A stretch of 60,706 bases of DNA from Candidatus Saccharimonadota bacterium (lineage in GTDB: Bacteria; Patescibacteriota; Saccharimonadia; CAILAD01; BJGX01): the NCBI GenBank assembly GCA_014191035.1, contig BJGX01000004.1:1-60706 (forward strand). The letters run 5' to 3'. How positions within the stretch are numbered: position 1 is the stretch's first letter; each line of letters opens with the position of its first letter. The notes below the pieces were generated by a model. It did no database searches, was not told the DNA's origin, and saw nothing but the letters and a program-made list of their open reading frames with translations. The translations under genes were made by a program, and so were the position numbers. Shown here piece after piece: positions 37,848 to 48,691 of the stretch.

Positions 37848-38825
37848 ATGGAGAATATTTTAAAAGATTTTAACAATCAATTAAGCAAAGCACAAAACCA
37901 AAATGAGATAGAAAAGGTTAGGGTGCAGTTCTTGGGTAAAAAGAGTTTTATAACGGAAAACATGAAGACTTTGCCAAATCTTTCAGCTGAAAAAAGAGGG
38001 CAGCTTGGTAAGGATTTAAATAGCTTAAAGCTTACTTTCCAAGAAGCAATCAATAAAAAGGTTGATAATTTGGAAATGGCTGCTAAATTTACCCCAATTG
38101 ATGTATCTAGACCTGGAAAACCCCTTTATAAAGAATCAAGAACAGGTCATATGCATCCTTCAAGCTTAGTTTTGAAAGAAACCTATAGGGTATTCACCGA
38201 GTTAGGCTTTGCTATCGTAGATAGTCCAGAAATAGAGGATGATTGGCATAATTTCGAGGCCTTAAATATGCCTGAAATACACCCAGCCAGAGAGATGCAG
38301 GACACATTCTACATCGACAAGAGCAACAAGAAGCTATTGCCAAGAACTCATACCTCAGGAATGCAGGTAAGATTTATGAAGCAAAATAATCCGCCTTTTA
38401 AAATTATCGTACCTGGTAAGGTTTTTAGAAATGAAAACGAAGACGCAACACACTCTTGGACTTTTGGTCAAATTGAAGGCCTAGTGGTCGGTGAGGGGGT
38501 TAGTGTTACAGATTTAAGAGGCACTCTATTGGAAATTGTAAAAAAACAGCTAGGTCCTGAAACGGAAATCAGGTTTAGGGCAAGTTATTTCCCATATACA
38601 GAGCCTTCCATGGAGATAGATGCTAAATTTAAAGGAAAGTGGCTCGAATTGGGAGGTGCCGGCATGGTCCATCCTCAAGTGCTTATAAATGGCGGAATTG
38701 ATCCAGAAAAGTATTCAGGATTTGCATTCGGCTGGGGAGTAGAGAGGCTGGCTGTTATCAAGTACGGGATTACAGATTTAAGAGAGTTGTGGAGACCAAA
38801 ATTTGATTATTTGGAGCAATTTTAG
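37848..38825 (+). CDS. pheS: Phenylalanine--tRNA ligase alpha subunit
   Basis: HNFEALN.P..HPAREMQDTFY, RTHTS, YFPYTEPS, GFAFGWGVERLA. Confidence 0.98.
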   Translation: MENILKDFNNQLSKAQNQNEIEKVRVQFLGKKSFITENMKTLPNLSAEKRGQLGKDLNSLKLTFQEAINKKVDNLEMAAKFTPIDVSRPGKPLYKESRTGHMHPSSLVLKETYRVFTELGFAIVDSPEIEDDWHNFEALNMPEIHPAREMQDTFYIDKSNKKLLPRTHTSGMQVRFMKQNNPPFKIIVPGKVFRNENEDATHSWTFGQIEGLVVGEGVSVTDLRGTLLEIVKKQLGPETEIRFRASYFPYTEPSMEIDAKFKGKWLELGGAGMVHPQVLINGGIDPEKYSGFAFGWGVERLAVIKYGITDLRELWRPKFDYLEQF

Positions 38826-41507
38826 ATGAAAATTAGCGTTGATTTAATAAATTCATATCTGATAAATAAGCTTTCTACCGAAAAGATGGCTGAAGTAATT
38901 GAGCGAACAGAAGTAGAGGTTGAAGAAATTCTGTATGCGAATAAGCTAGATGAAAAAATAATTACGGCTAAAGTAGTTGAAGTTATTAAACATCCAAATG
39001 CAGACAAGCTTAATAAAGCCAAAGTTGATAATGGAATTGCATTGATAGATATTGTATGCGGCGCACCAAATATTCGCGAAGGTTTAGTTGTTGCTCTTGC
39101 TCAAGTCGGATCAGTATTGCCTGATGGCTTTGAGATTAGAGAGGCTAAAATACGAGGTGAAGTTTCTCACGGAATGCTATGTTCAGAAAAAGAGTTAGCT
39201 TGGGGTGAAGATCATGGTGGCATTGTTGAGCTCGACCCTAGCCTACCTATAGGCCAATCATTGTGCGACACAGCAAAAATGAGTGATATCATAGACATTA
39301 AGACACCTTCGAACCGCTGGGACTACTTATCTTATGTCGGGCTAAGTAGGGAAATAGCTGCTTGCGATGATCAGAATTCACTAATTGAACCAGAAACTCA
39401 CGAAATAACATATAAAAACAGGGAAGTCGCAAAAGTCAATAAAAATGAAGGTTGTGAATCTTTTTATACTGTGAAAGCCCGTGTGAAAGCTGATCAAATA
39501 AGCCCTCGTTGGCTTGTGGATAACTTACAGGCATCGGGTGTTCGCACAATAAATCCTGTTGTAGATATTACTAATTTTGTAATGCTCGAATATGGGCAGC
39601 CCTCTCATGCTTACGATATTAATAAACTAAACGGCCCTATCGGTGTTAGGCTGGCTAAAAATAACGAACAGCTCACCACTCTGGATGGTAAGCAGCTTAA
39701 ATTAACTGATTCAGATTTGGTAATTGTGGATAACTCTGGGGCTGTAGCGCTTGCAGGTGTTATGGGAGGCACACGTACACAGACAGACGAAGAAACTACA
39801 GAGGTTCTGATTGAAATAGCTAATTTTGACAAAACAATAGTTCGGCGCTCTGCGCTTAGGCATGGCATTAGAACCGAAGCGTCTGCACGTTTTGAAAAAG
39901 GGCTTCCATCCACTCTCCCCTCTCTGGCTGCCAAAAGAATTATAAAATTACTAATAGAGATCTGTGATGCTGAAATAATAGATGCAAATGAACAATTGTA
40001 CTCCCCTTCCCCTATCCGCAATTTAGGAATGAGACTGAGAAAGGCTGACAAATTTATTGGCTACAGGCTGGATGAAAAAGAGGTGATGACCGCGCTTACG
40101 AAGCGTGGCTTTCAGCCAACCCATTTTTCGCTCACCAAAGAGACAAAAGCTCACATTGGAAAGCCATATATGTATGGGGCGCAAATAGACACTGAAAATC
40201 TTGAAAAGTTTGATTGCTCATTATTAACTAGCTATGTATATTCAAAGGCCGGATTGGATATTGGCAGAACTGCTCAGATGCAATTCGAAAAAGGAATGGA
40301 AGTTCCGGAAGCAGGATTAAAGCCAGGAGATCTTTTATTCCTTAAAGGTGATGAAAAACAAGCAGGCAAAAAAATAGGGCATGTTGGCATGTACCTCGGG
40401 CGCAGTGGCATATTGCAAGCTAGCTCCACTGAAAAAAAAGTTGTTATTAGCCCCGTCACTAAATTTACTAAAGCCAAAAACTATGCTGGAGCCAGAAGGT
40501 ATATAGAGAACTTTAATCATATTATTAGTGTCACTGTTCCGTGGTGGAGAGCAGATGTTGTTGGCGAGGCAGATCTATTAGAAGAGATTGCGAAGACTCA
40601 AGGCTATAATAACATGCCCGAAACATTGCCTGATTTTGGGCCAACACCAACTTTAAATCATCAACTACTACCCTCTTTAATGATCTTAAGGGAAAAGCTA
40701 GTTGCACTAGGCCTAATTGAGGTAATGACATATGCTTTTGTTTCTAAAAAGGACATCGAAAATTTAGGTATAAAAGATTCGGAAATACTAAAAATAGAAA
40801 ATCCACTGAGTTCAGAGCAAGATTATTTAAGGACTAGCTTACTACCAAGTCATTTAAGGGCAGCTTATAACAATCAAAAATCAAACTACAACTCAATGTT
40901 TGAAATAAGTAGAGTATCTAAAAAACAGGCTGATGGAGCTGAAGAAAAATGGGCTTTAGGAATTACGGTTTGGGGGGACGATAGCCTACTTAGACTTAAG
41001 GGCTTGATTGACAGTATCTTTGGTTGGCACAAAATAGATCCTAATATTGAGCGAACTAAAGATAGTTCTTTATATATAGATCAAAGATCGGCAAACATAA
41101 AAAACTATGGAGACTTTGGTCAGCTCAAGCCAGCACTGCTAAAGAGTTTTGGACTAAGAAATGAGCTTTCATTTGCCGAGCTAGATATTGAAAAAATTAT
41201 TAATAGTGATTTTACAATTAAAGCCAAACCGCTACTCCCTTACCAGATAATTTATAAAGATATCACCATTGAGTTACCCATGACCACTTTATATACTGAA
41301 TTAAAAATAAAACTTAATGGAATAACGCATAGCGTTGATTTTGTAGATGAATTTTCTAATGACGAGTTAATAAATAGTTCTAGAAAACGCCTAACTATAA
41401 AGGTAGGTTTTGACTTGGGTCCTAATCCAAAATCCGATGAAATCTCAAAGCATCTGCAAGCCTGCTCCAAAAAACTTGAGACATTAGAAAAAGCTAAAGT
41501 ATTATAG
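38826..41507 (+). CDS. pheT: Phenylalanine--tRNA ligase beta subunit with an inserted NlpC/P60 domain
   Basis: HPNADKL, IVCGAPN, GMLCS..EL, VDITNFVMLEYGQPSHAYD, RFEKG, VPWWRADV..DLLEEIA, NPLS; ~125-aa insertion near aa 436-560. Confidence 0.95.
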   Translation: MKISVDLINSYLINKLSTEKMAEVIERTEVEVEEILYANKLDEKIITAKVVEVIKHPNADKLNKAKVDNGIALIDIVCGAPNIREGLVVALAQVGSVLPDGFEIREAKIRGEVSHGMLCSEKELAWGEDHGGIVELDPSLPIGQSLCDTAKMSDIIDIKTPSNRWDYLSYVGLSREIAACDDQNSLIEPETHEITYKNREVAKVNKNEGCESFYTVKARVKADQISPRWLVDNLQASGVRTINPVVDITNFVMLEYGQPSHAYDINKLNGPIGVRLAKNNEQLTTLDGKQLKLTDSDLVIVDNSGAVALAGVMGGTRTQTDEETTEVLIEIANFDKTIVRRSALRHGIRTEASARFEKGLPSTLPSLAAKRIIKLLIEICDAEIIDANEQLYSPSPIRNLGMRLRKADKFIGYRLDEKEVMTALTKRGFQPTHFSLTKETKAHIGKPYMYGAQIDTENLEKFDCSLLTSYVYSKAGLDIGRTAQMQFEKGMEVPEAGLKPGDLLFLKGDEKQAGKKIGHVGMYLGRSGILQASSTEKKVVISPVTKFTKAKNYAGARRYIENFNHIISVTVPWWRADVVGEADLLEEIAKTQGYNNMPETLPDFGPTPTLNHQLLPSLMILREKLVALGLIEVMTYAFVSKKDIENLGIKDSEILKIENPLSSEQDYLRTSLLPSHLRAAYNNQKSNYNSMFEISRVSKKQADGAEEKWALGITVWGDDSLLRLKGLIDSIFGWHKIDPNIERTKDSSLYIDQRSANIKNYGDFGQLKPALLKSFGLRNELSFAELDIEKIINSDFTIKAKPLLPYQIIYKDITIELPMTTLYTELKIKLNGITHSVDFVDEFSNDELINSSRKRLTIKVGFDLGPNPKSDEISKHLQACSKKLETLEKAKVL

Positions 41508-41543
41508 AAAAATACCTAATTTTTAATTTATAATGGAAAGTGC

Positions 41544-43013
41544 ATGGGAAAAAAACCACATTCTCATTTCTTAAGCCTACCCCCTAAATTATCGAAAACT
41601 GGACAAAAACCTTCAGTTAAAAATAGGGTGTGGTTTATATTTATAGGAATTTTTTTAGTATTTATAATTTCCAATTTAATAATAGGAGCATTAACCCAAG
41701 GAGTTATTTTTCCAGGCGTTTCTGTTGCAGGCAAAGATTTAAGCTTTAAGACTCAAAATGAAGCTAGACAAATACTTTCCAGCATTAATAATGACAAAAA
41801 ATTTAAGGTAAAAGTTGGTAATAAAACCTTCGATGCTACGACTAAGGATTTTGGAGTTAGTTATGATTTAGAGAAGACGCTTCAGCAGGCATATAGTATT
41901 GGGCATTCCGGGCCACTGCCCATTTTAGGATTTTTTGAAGTTAACCGACGCGGACAGCTAGGCTATTCTTACAATGTAGATTCAAACCAGCTTAAAAGCT
42001 TTACTTCTAAAGTAGTCTCGGCAGTGGGTAAAGATCCGGCAAATGCGACGCTTAAGGTTAATAATGGTAATTTAGAGGTTGTTCCAGATCAAGACGGTTT
42101 TAGAGTTGATCAGAAGCTTCTAACTTCAATTATTCAGAGCGCAATCGCGGATGACAAAGATACGAATGTCGTACTGGAGCCTCAACCTGTTAAGGCCTCT
42201 TTTTTGGTTAGCGATATAAGTGCAGCGCAAAAGAAAGCCAGCGAATTGTTGTCCCGATCAGTTATCTTGAATTATGAGGGTAGGCAGTTTATACCCGATA
42301 AGAATGCAATGGGATACTGGCTCGCATTTAAGCATGTTCAAAAAGAGGACGGAAAAGTAGAATTGCAAGTAGATTTGTCCAGAGATCAAATTAAAGGCTA
42401 TTTACAGTCAGTAGCAAATGAAGTTGATATTGCCCCAAAAAACAAAAAGGTAAATATCCGTAACGGCACCTCTACTGTTGAGCAAGAAGGTGTAAATGGC
42501 AGGGCTATTTTACAAGATCAAGCTGTAGATCAAATATTTTCTGGCCTAGTAAACGGAAGTGTATCTGTTAATCTGACTTCAACACCCCTGGCTTTTAAAA
42601 CGGAAACAAACCGTTCGGTAGGACTGGACTATAATAAATATATTGAAATTAATCTATCCTCACAAAGACTATGGGCCTATCAAGACAATTCAGTGGTATT
42701 TTCCACACCTATCACAAGTGGTGCAACTGGCGCCGGATTCCCGACTGTAACGGGGCTATTTAACATTTACGCCAAAGAGAGAAGTAGATATTTAAACGGC
42801 CGACCTTATGGGTGGGATTATAATGTTTACGTTGACTACTGGATGCCTTTCTATGGAGGATACGGCCTACATGACGCCGATTGGCGCAGTGCTTTTGGCG
42901 GCCAAGATTATTACTATGGTGGTAGCCATGGATGCGTAAATATGCCCAAAAGCTCGGCAGCATTTATATATAGTTGGGCCAATATCGGCACCCCAGTATG
43001 GGTACATTACTAG
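41544..43013 (+). CDS. L,D-transpeptidase (YkuD domain) with N-terminal TM and YoaR/VanW-type putative PG-binding region
   Basis: IEINLSSQRLWAY, YWMPF, GLHDA.WR, GSHGCVNM, GTPVWVH. Confidence 0.92.
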   Translation: MGKKPHSHFLSLPPKLSKTGQKPSVKNRVWFIFIGIFLVFIISNLIIGALTQGVIFPGVSVAGKDLSFKTQNEARQILSSINNDKKFKVKVGNKTFDATTKDFGVSYDLEKTLQQAYSIGHSGPLPILGFFEVNRRGQLGYSYNVDSNQLKSFTSKVVSAVGKDPANATLKVNNGNLEVVPDQDGFRVDQKLLTSIIQSAIADDKDTNVVLEPQPVKASFLVSDISAAQKKASELLSRSVILNYEGRQFIPDKNAMGYWLAFKHVQKEDGKVELQVDLSRDQIKGYLQSVANEVDIAPKNKKVNIRNGTSTVEQEGVNGRAILQDQAVDQIFSGLVNGSVSVNLTSTPLAFKTETNRSVGLDYNKYIEINLSSQRLWAYQDNSVVFSTPITSGATGAGFPTVTGLFNIYAKERSRYLNGRPYGWDYNVYVDYWMPFYGGYGLHDADWRSAFGGQDYYYGGSHGCVNMPKSSAAFIYSWANIGTPVWVHY

Positions 43014-43050
43014 TCTAGTTTAGAATAAGCATAGCTGTTATAATTTAATT

Positions 43051-43449
43051 ATGAAGCCAGACGCAAACAATCCTGGTTCTTTTATGCCCGCACAAAATGC
43101 GGAATCTCTTAATGCTATAAAAAAATCCCCAGATGCTATTGGAAATTCTTCTTTATCAGCATCGCAAAACAAGTTTCCTGGCGCCCCTTCTCAAATTAAA
43201 GAAAATATAAATCATGGCGAATCATCAAAGCCTGATACCCAAGCCCCCAAAAGTGAAGTTGATAATTCATTCGAAGCGCAATTATCGCAAATGCCCGCCG
43301 AAGACACGGATATTATTGAGAAGGAATGGGTAGATAAGGTTGATCATGTTATTGAAACAACTTCCAATGATCCATATTTTCAGGAGCAAGGACAGCATGC
43401 ACTTGCAAGGCATTATTTAAAATCTAGATTTAATCAGGATGTTAAGTAA
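43051..43449 (+). CDS. Hypothetical protein
   Basis: Low-complexity N-terminus; C-terminal DIIEKEWVDKV..DPY.Q segment. Confidence 0.7.
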   Translation: MKPDANNPGSFMPAQNAESLNAIKKSPDAIGNSSLSASQNKFPGAPSQIKENINHGESSKPDTQAPKSEVDNSFEAQLSQMPAEDTDIIEKEWVDKVDHVIETTSNDPYFQEQGQHALARHYLKSRFNQDVK

Positions 43450-43452
43450 TTT

Positions 43453-45885
43453 ATGAATAGCTTTGTGACGTTGGCGGTAATTGCTCTTTTAATTTTTTTA
43501 GCTATTATCTCGGTTATTGCAGTGTTGGTTTATTTAAGAATAACAAGACACTCTAAAGATATAGAGAGAAGCTTAAAAATGGTTCCGCTGCTCTTGAAAA
43601 TTCCTCCCCAAGAAACTGAGGAGGGTAACCGAGACGAAAGGGAGCTAGTAAAAGAGAATATATCTAAGGCTGAAGGTGTATATAGACTGTTGTCTGGTAT
43701 TGCTACTAAGTCCTCTATTGTTCATAGCCAAAGACATGTTAGTTTTGAAACAATAGCAAAGGGTAAGCAAATATTTTTCTATGCAGCAGTGCCAATTAGT
43801 TTGTTGGCTGCAGTAAAGAAGGCCCTAACCTCTGCTTACCCAGGCATTCAAATAGAGCAACAAAATGATGTCAACTTCTTTTCTAAGGAATCCAAAATTA
43901 ACGGAGTTGCTGGAGGGGAGTTTGTTCTAAAAAGAACCAGCTTTTACCCTATTAACTCATACCAATTGAGCGAGCAAGATGCGTTTGCGGCACTGCTTTC
44001 TGGTATTTCTGGGCTTAGCGAAAATGATGGAGTAGGAATACAAATAATGGTTAGGCCGGCAGCCTCTAAGTGGCTTAAGTCGGCAAGGCAACAATCGAAG
44101 CAGCTTTTAAATCCAAACAAAAAATATGGTGCCGAAAAAGTTGTTGGTTCTGTAGGAGATATTGCCAAAGCTCCGTTTAGAAGTGCCAAGGATGAAAAAT
44201 CGGCAGAAATTAAACAGCCAGACACCATAGATCAAGAAAATAGCAAACTTATAGAGGAGAAATCTAAATATCCTGTTTTTGAGACACTTATAAGAGTTGT
44301 AGCAAGCTCGGATACCCAGGCCAATGCCAATTTAATTATAGACAGTGTTAAATTAGGCTTTGCTCAGTTGGCACTTAATAATTCAAATGAATTTAAATAT
44401 GAACAAAGTAAGGATACACAGAAGCTTGCTACGGATTTTATTTTTAGATTCTTTCCTAAATCCAAAAATAAAACAGTACTAAATTCAGTTGAGCTTGCAA
44501 CGGTGTTTCACTTACCAAGCGAAAATATTGGTATTGCTGCCACGGTAGAGAGAAAGGGTATGCAAGAAATTGCTGCACCTGCGGATATTAACACCGAGGG
44601 AATGATTCTGGGTACAAATATATATCAGGGCCATGAACAAATCATAAGATTAGGCGACGAAGATAGACGCAGACATTTTTATATAATTGGACAGACTGGA
44701 ACAGGTAAGTCTTTATTCTTACGCAATTGTATAGTTCAAGATATGTACGCTGGTAAGGGTGTGGCTTTTATTGACCCTCACGGCGATACCGCCGAAGAGC
44801 TAATGGCTATGGTTCCACCAGAACGTGCCAAGGATGTTGTATATTTCAATCCCGGAGATTCGGAATTTCCGATGGGTTGGAATATTATGGAATTCGATCC
44901 GGAACACCCAGAACAAAAAGACTTTTTGGTTCAAGAAGCTATATCAATGCTTTATAAAATATATGACCCAAACAAGCAGGGTTTCATGGGTCCTCGATTT
45001 GAAGCCTGGTTTAGAAATGCCGCCTTAACAGTTATGGCTGATCCAGAGGGTGGAACATTTATTGAAATACCTAAAGTCTTTACTGATGATGAGTATTTAA
45101 AAATGAAATTTAAGCACCTGACTGATCCGGTTATTCAAGATTTTTGGACTGGCGAAATGGCCCAAACTGATGCCCATTCTAAATCTGAGATGCTAGGCTG
45201 GTTTGTATCTAAATTTGGTGCTTTTTCAAATAACGAAATAATGCGCAATATTGTTGGGCAGAAAAAATCCGCCTTTAATCTAAGAGAAATGATGGATGAA
45301 GGTAAAATTCTATTTGTAAATCTATCTAAGGGATTGCTTGGCGATATTAACTCTCAGCTATTGGGGATAATGTTTATAATAAAATTTCAGGTAGCTGCCA
45401 TGAGTCGTGCAGGAATGGATAAAAAAGATAGGCGCGACTTTAGTGTTTATATTGATGAGTTTCAGAATTATTCAACAGACTCTATTGCTACAATTTTGTC
45501 TGAAGCAAGAAAGTATGGTCTTAGCCTAATAATGGCTAACCAGTTTATTTCTCAGCTAGATGAAAGTGTTAGAGATTCGGTTTTTGGTAATGTTGGATCA
45601 ATGATAAGTTTTAGAGTTGGCCCAGACGATGCCGAGTATTTAGTAAAGCAGTTTGCCCCAGCCTTCGATGCTGGTGATTTGACCAATATACCTAATCATT
45701 ATTGTGCTGCCAAGGTAATGAATAAGGGCTTTCCTTCAACCCCCTTTTCTATGAAAGAAATAATGCCTCCATTAGGTAAAGAAAAGCCAGAATTAATGCA
45801 GGCCATGATTGATTTAAGTCGCGCAAACTTTGCAAAACCGAAAGCGCAAGTGGATGCAGAAATTGCAAAAAACTTAGGCATATAA
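43453..45885 (+). CDS. VirD4/TraG/HerA-like coupling ATPase
   Basis: N-terminal TM; RRHFYIIGQTGTGKS, FIDPHGD, YIDEFQNY, LSEARKY, FGNVGS..FRVG..DA. Confidence 0.9.
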   Translation: MNSFVTLAVIALLIFLAIISVIAVLVYLRITRHSKDIERSLKMVPLLLKIPPQETEEGNRDERELVKENISKAEGVYRLLSGIATKSSIVHSQRHVSFETIAKGKQIFFYAAVPISLLAAVKKALTSAYPGIQIEQQNDVNFFSKESKINGVAGGEFVLKRTSFYPINSYQLSEQDAFAALLSGISGLSENDGVGIQIMVRPAASKWLKSARQQSKQLLNPNKKYGAEKVVGSVGDIAKAPFRSAKDEKSAEIKQPDTIDQENSKLIEEKSKYPVFETLIRVVASSDTQANANLIIDSVKLGFAQLALNNSNEFKYEQSKDTQKLATDFIFRFFPKSKNKTVLNSVELATVFHLPSENIGIAATVERKGMQEIAAPADINTEGMILGTNIYQGHEQIIRLGDEDRRRHFYIIGQTGTGKSLFLRNCIVQDMYAGKGVAFIDPHGDTAEELMAMVPPERAKDVVYFNPGDSEFPMGWNIMEFDPEHPEQKDFLVQEAISMLYKIYDPNKQGFMGPRFEAWFRNAALTVMADPEGGTFIEIPKVFTDDEYLKMKFKHLTDPVIQDFWTGEMAQTDAHSKSEMLGWFVSKFGAFSNNEIMRNIVGQKKSAFNLREMMDEGKILFVNLSKGLLGDINSQLLGIMFIIKFQVAAMSRAGMDKKDRRDFSVYIDEFQNYSTDSIATILSEARKYGLSLIMANQFISQLDESVRDSVFGNVGSMISFRVGPDDAEYLVKQFAPAFDAGDLTNIPNHYCAAKVMNKGFPSTPFSMKEIMPPLGKEKPELMQAMIDLSRANFAKPKAQVDAEIAKNLGI

Positions 45886-45934
45886 TTGAGTAATTATCAT
45901 ATTGGTATTAAAATAGTGCAAAAGAGAGGGTGAT

Positions 45935-48691
45935 TTGAAGTTTAAAGACATAGTAGTCAATTTAGTATCTGGCGCGATGCCAACGCATCGAGCATCATAC
46001 TATATTAAGCGTTTTGCTCAGGAAAATTCGGTAAGACGAATTGCTTCTGTATTGGTTATTGGTTTATTTATTTTTCAGTCCGTGGTTGTGATATTCCCCC
46101 CAAAGGCCACTAAAGCTGCGAGTGGCAATGATTTAATTTATGGTGGAATCGGCGAAGGCACTGAATCCTCAATGAAGCAAAATATGATCAATTACCTAAA
46201 CAAGGATTCTTACGGTTCCGCCTTTTTTCAGTTAATGGGTATAAATCAGCAATATGTACAGAATAATATGAAACGAGGCTCAATCTCTACCAATGGGTGG
46301 AAGTATTCTATGGGGCATAATGCTTTTGGTGGGCCTGGCTGTAGTGTAAGATTTGATCAAGTCCCCGAATTCCAGGGAGTATCGCCCTTTCCTGGTAGCG
46401 AGTCTGTCTATGTAGGATCACCAAGTTGCAGGTGGAATCAAACAAGTTTTGTCGGCCTGGTTGGAGATAAGCCTGTCTACGTAGGAGGGACATGGTGGAA
46501 TATAGGAATTATTGGAGACTGCGGAAACATTGTTCTTTTGCCGGTTGCACCACCCGAACTGCCTAATTGTGAATCGGTTAATTTGTCTGCATACAGTGTT
46601 TTGGTGGGCCAGCCAATTGTTTTGACTGGGGTTGCAAGTGCCAAGGCTACTACTCGTGTTAAATCAGTAAATATGAATTATAATCTTTACAAAACGGCTG
46701 CTAGCGAACCAACAAAAAATCCTCCACTTGAGAGCCGAGTTAGTAATAACGTAGCCTTTAACAATGGCAAATATATAGATAGTAGCGGCAAGTCATTTAC
46801 TTTTTCTTCGCCTGGCTCCTACACTGTGCGGTTAGCCGTAACAACACCCGACGAACCCGCCTTTAGATTTGGACTGCCAGGTTCTTCAGTCAATTCGTGC
46901 GCAAAAACCATAAATGTAGTAGAGGCCAATAAGCAAATTGTTTGCAGTCAATTAGGCATAAGCAATCAGCAGGCAGTTAGTTTTAGCTCCCCCTTCACAC
47001 CACAGCTAAGCGGATTAGCAAAAACTACGGGTTCACAAGGAACTGCCTACCCAAGCAAATTTGAGTATATACTTTTGACCGAAGTGTCTTCTAATGCCCC
47101 AGGCCAAAAGGTTACCTACAATGGCAAGACCTATCAAGAAAAAAATCCTAGCGGTGGGAAAACCCGTATTTCTCAGAATGTAACCTACCAAAACATCAAT
47201 GCATCTCAGTTTAATGACCCCACAGCTGGTGGTTCTTTTGACGCAAATGACTTTACTCAAAATATAACTAGCAATTCAAAATCGACAAATTATTTAATTA
47301 TTCTTAGGGTCTATAATCAGGCCGGTCAGTTAAGCCCAGATAATGTTGAGGGTTGCTACAAGAGTTTTAGCGTTGGGCCAGAGCCACTTCCTGAGAAAAT
47401 TATATGCAAATCTCTAAAGGTTAATCTTAGCCCCGAAACCGCCAAGCTTCCAAACAGTCCCACATTTATTGGGACTGCAGAAAAGCAGGGTAGCGGTTCA
47501 TTGTCCCCCAAGACTTATCAATATAATATATACAAAAAAAATTCGAATAAATATGAAAAATTGGCAAATATGCCGATTAGCGAAAACTCAAGTTCTTATG
47601 AAAACACAAAAACAAAAGCATATAACTTTACTGAAACTGGTGAATATAAAGTAACACTTACGATTGTTGCAAGTGATGGCTCCTCGACTGTAGAAGGTAA
47701 AGATGGCAATGGGGAGGATGGATGCGAACAGGTATTTAGCCTTAGCCCTAACCCCCCACAATGCATAAGTTTAAGCTCCGTTCCAAGCAGTATTCAATCG
47801 CCACCTAAAGAAGTTGAATTTACCGCCGTTACTCAGGTCGATGGTGGAGAAATGACTAGTGTTACTTTTAATTTCGGAGACGGAAGCCCACCGCAAAAGA
47901 TTAATACCAAGCAGCTAGTTAATAAAATAAAACATAACTATACACTGCCTGGCAAATATGAAGCCTACTTAACCTTTGAAGCAACCACCGGTTCAGTGCA
48001 AACTCCTCCTGCCCAATGCAAGACAACCATTACAGTAACAGACCAAAAGTTTATTAAGCTTGTTGCTAATATGACTCAGCTCACAGAAGATGGTAAGCCA
48101 ACCGATGCAAACGGCAAAACCGCTAAGGCTGGCGACGTTTTAAGATACCAAATTGGAATATGTAACGCTTCTGGCGAAACCATAAAAAACTTTGTATTTG
48201 AAGATAACATAACTGATCTTTTGTATTATACTGACGTGGTTGACGCTGGCGGTGGCGAAATTATTTCTACAACCGGAGCCAATGTTCTTACCTGGAAGCC
48301 TCTAGATGTGCCAACATTGCCTCAGTCCAAGGCCTGTAGTGACGAAAATGGCAAACCTATCTATGAAAACTATACCCAGGTTAAGGAGTTTAAAGTTAAA
48401 GTAAAAAGCCCAGTTCCAAACACACCTCTTAAGGCGGCAGATCCGAATGGTTTTGATTGTGAAGTCACAGATGAATTTCGGGCAAATCGTGTTTCCACAC
48501 CGGTGGCTTGCTCTACTATTAAGTTGATTGAGTCTAGAAATCCATTACCCCGAACCGGCTCTGGCTGGGCGCTTGGTTTGATTGGTTTTTTTGCGGCCGC
48601 CTCGACATTCCTATTCTTCAGAAATCGAATGCTTAAAAAAGAATTAGAATTGGTAGAAAAATTAACGGAGGAAGAATATGGCAAGTCCTGA
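45935..48691 (+). CDS. Cys-rich surface protein with PKD/Ig-like and DUF11-like domains and an LPxTG-type sorting signal
   Basis: Signal-like segment; FNFGDGS..HNYTLPGKY; AKAGDVLRYQI; C-terminal LPRTG, TM and RNR tail. Confidence 0.8.
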   Translation: MKFKDIVVNLVSGAMPTHRASYYIKRFAQENSVRRIASVLVIGLFIFQSVVVIFPPKATKAASGNDLIYGGIGEGTESSMKQNMINYLNKDSYGSAFFQLMGINQQYVQNNMKRGSISTNGWKYSMGHNAFGGPGCSVRFDQVPEFQGVSPFPGSESVYVGSPSCRWNQTSFVGLVGDKPVYVGGTWWNIGIIGDCGNIVLLPVAPPELPNCESVNLSAYSVLVGQPIVLTGVASAKATTRVKSVNMNYNLYKTAASEPTKNPPLESRVSNNVAFNNGKYIDSSGKSFTFSSPGSYTVRLAVTTPDEPAFRFGLPGSSVNSCAKTINVVEANKQIVCSQLGISNQQAVSFSSPFTPQLSGLAKTTGSQGTAYPSKFEYILLTEVSSNAPGQKVTYNGKTYQEKNPSGGKTRISQNVTYQNINASQFNDPTAGGSFDANDFTQNITSNSKSTNYLIILRVYNQAGQLSPDNVEGCYKSFSVGPEPLPEKIICKSLKVNLSPETAKLPNSPTFIGTAEKQGSGSLSPKTYQYNIYKKNSNKYEKLANMPISENSSSYENTKTKAYNFTETGEYKVTLTIVASDGSSTVEGKDGNGEDGCEQVFSLSPNPPQCISLSSVPSSIQSPPKEVEFTAVTQVDGGEMTSVTFNFGDGSPPQKINTKQLVNKIKHNYTLPGKYEAYLTFEATTGSVQTPPAQCKTTITVTDQKFIKLVANMTQLTEDGKPTDANGKTAKAGDVLRYQIGICNASGETIKNFVFEDNITDLLYYTDVVDAGGGEIISTTGANVLTWKPLDVPTLPQSKACSDENGKPIYENYTQVKEFKVKVKSPVPNTPLKAADPNGFDCEVTDEFRANRVSTPVACSTIKLIESRNPLPRTGSGWALGLIGFFAAASTFLFFRNRMLKKELELVEKLTEEEYGKS

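Noticed and set aside
39514..39733. Two TGTGGATAA DnaA boxes inside pheT
   Set aside because: Both coincide with V-D-N codons and can be explained by coding sequence.
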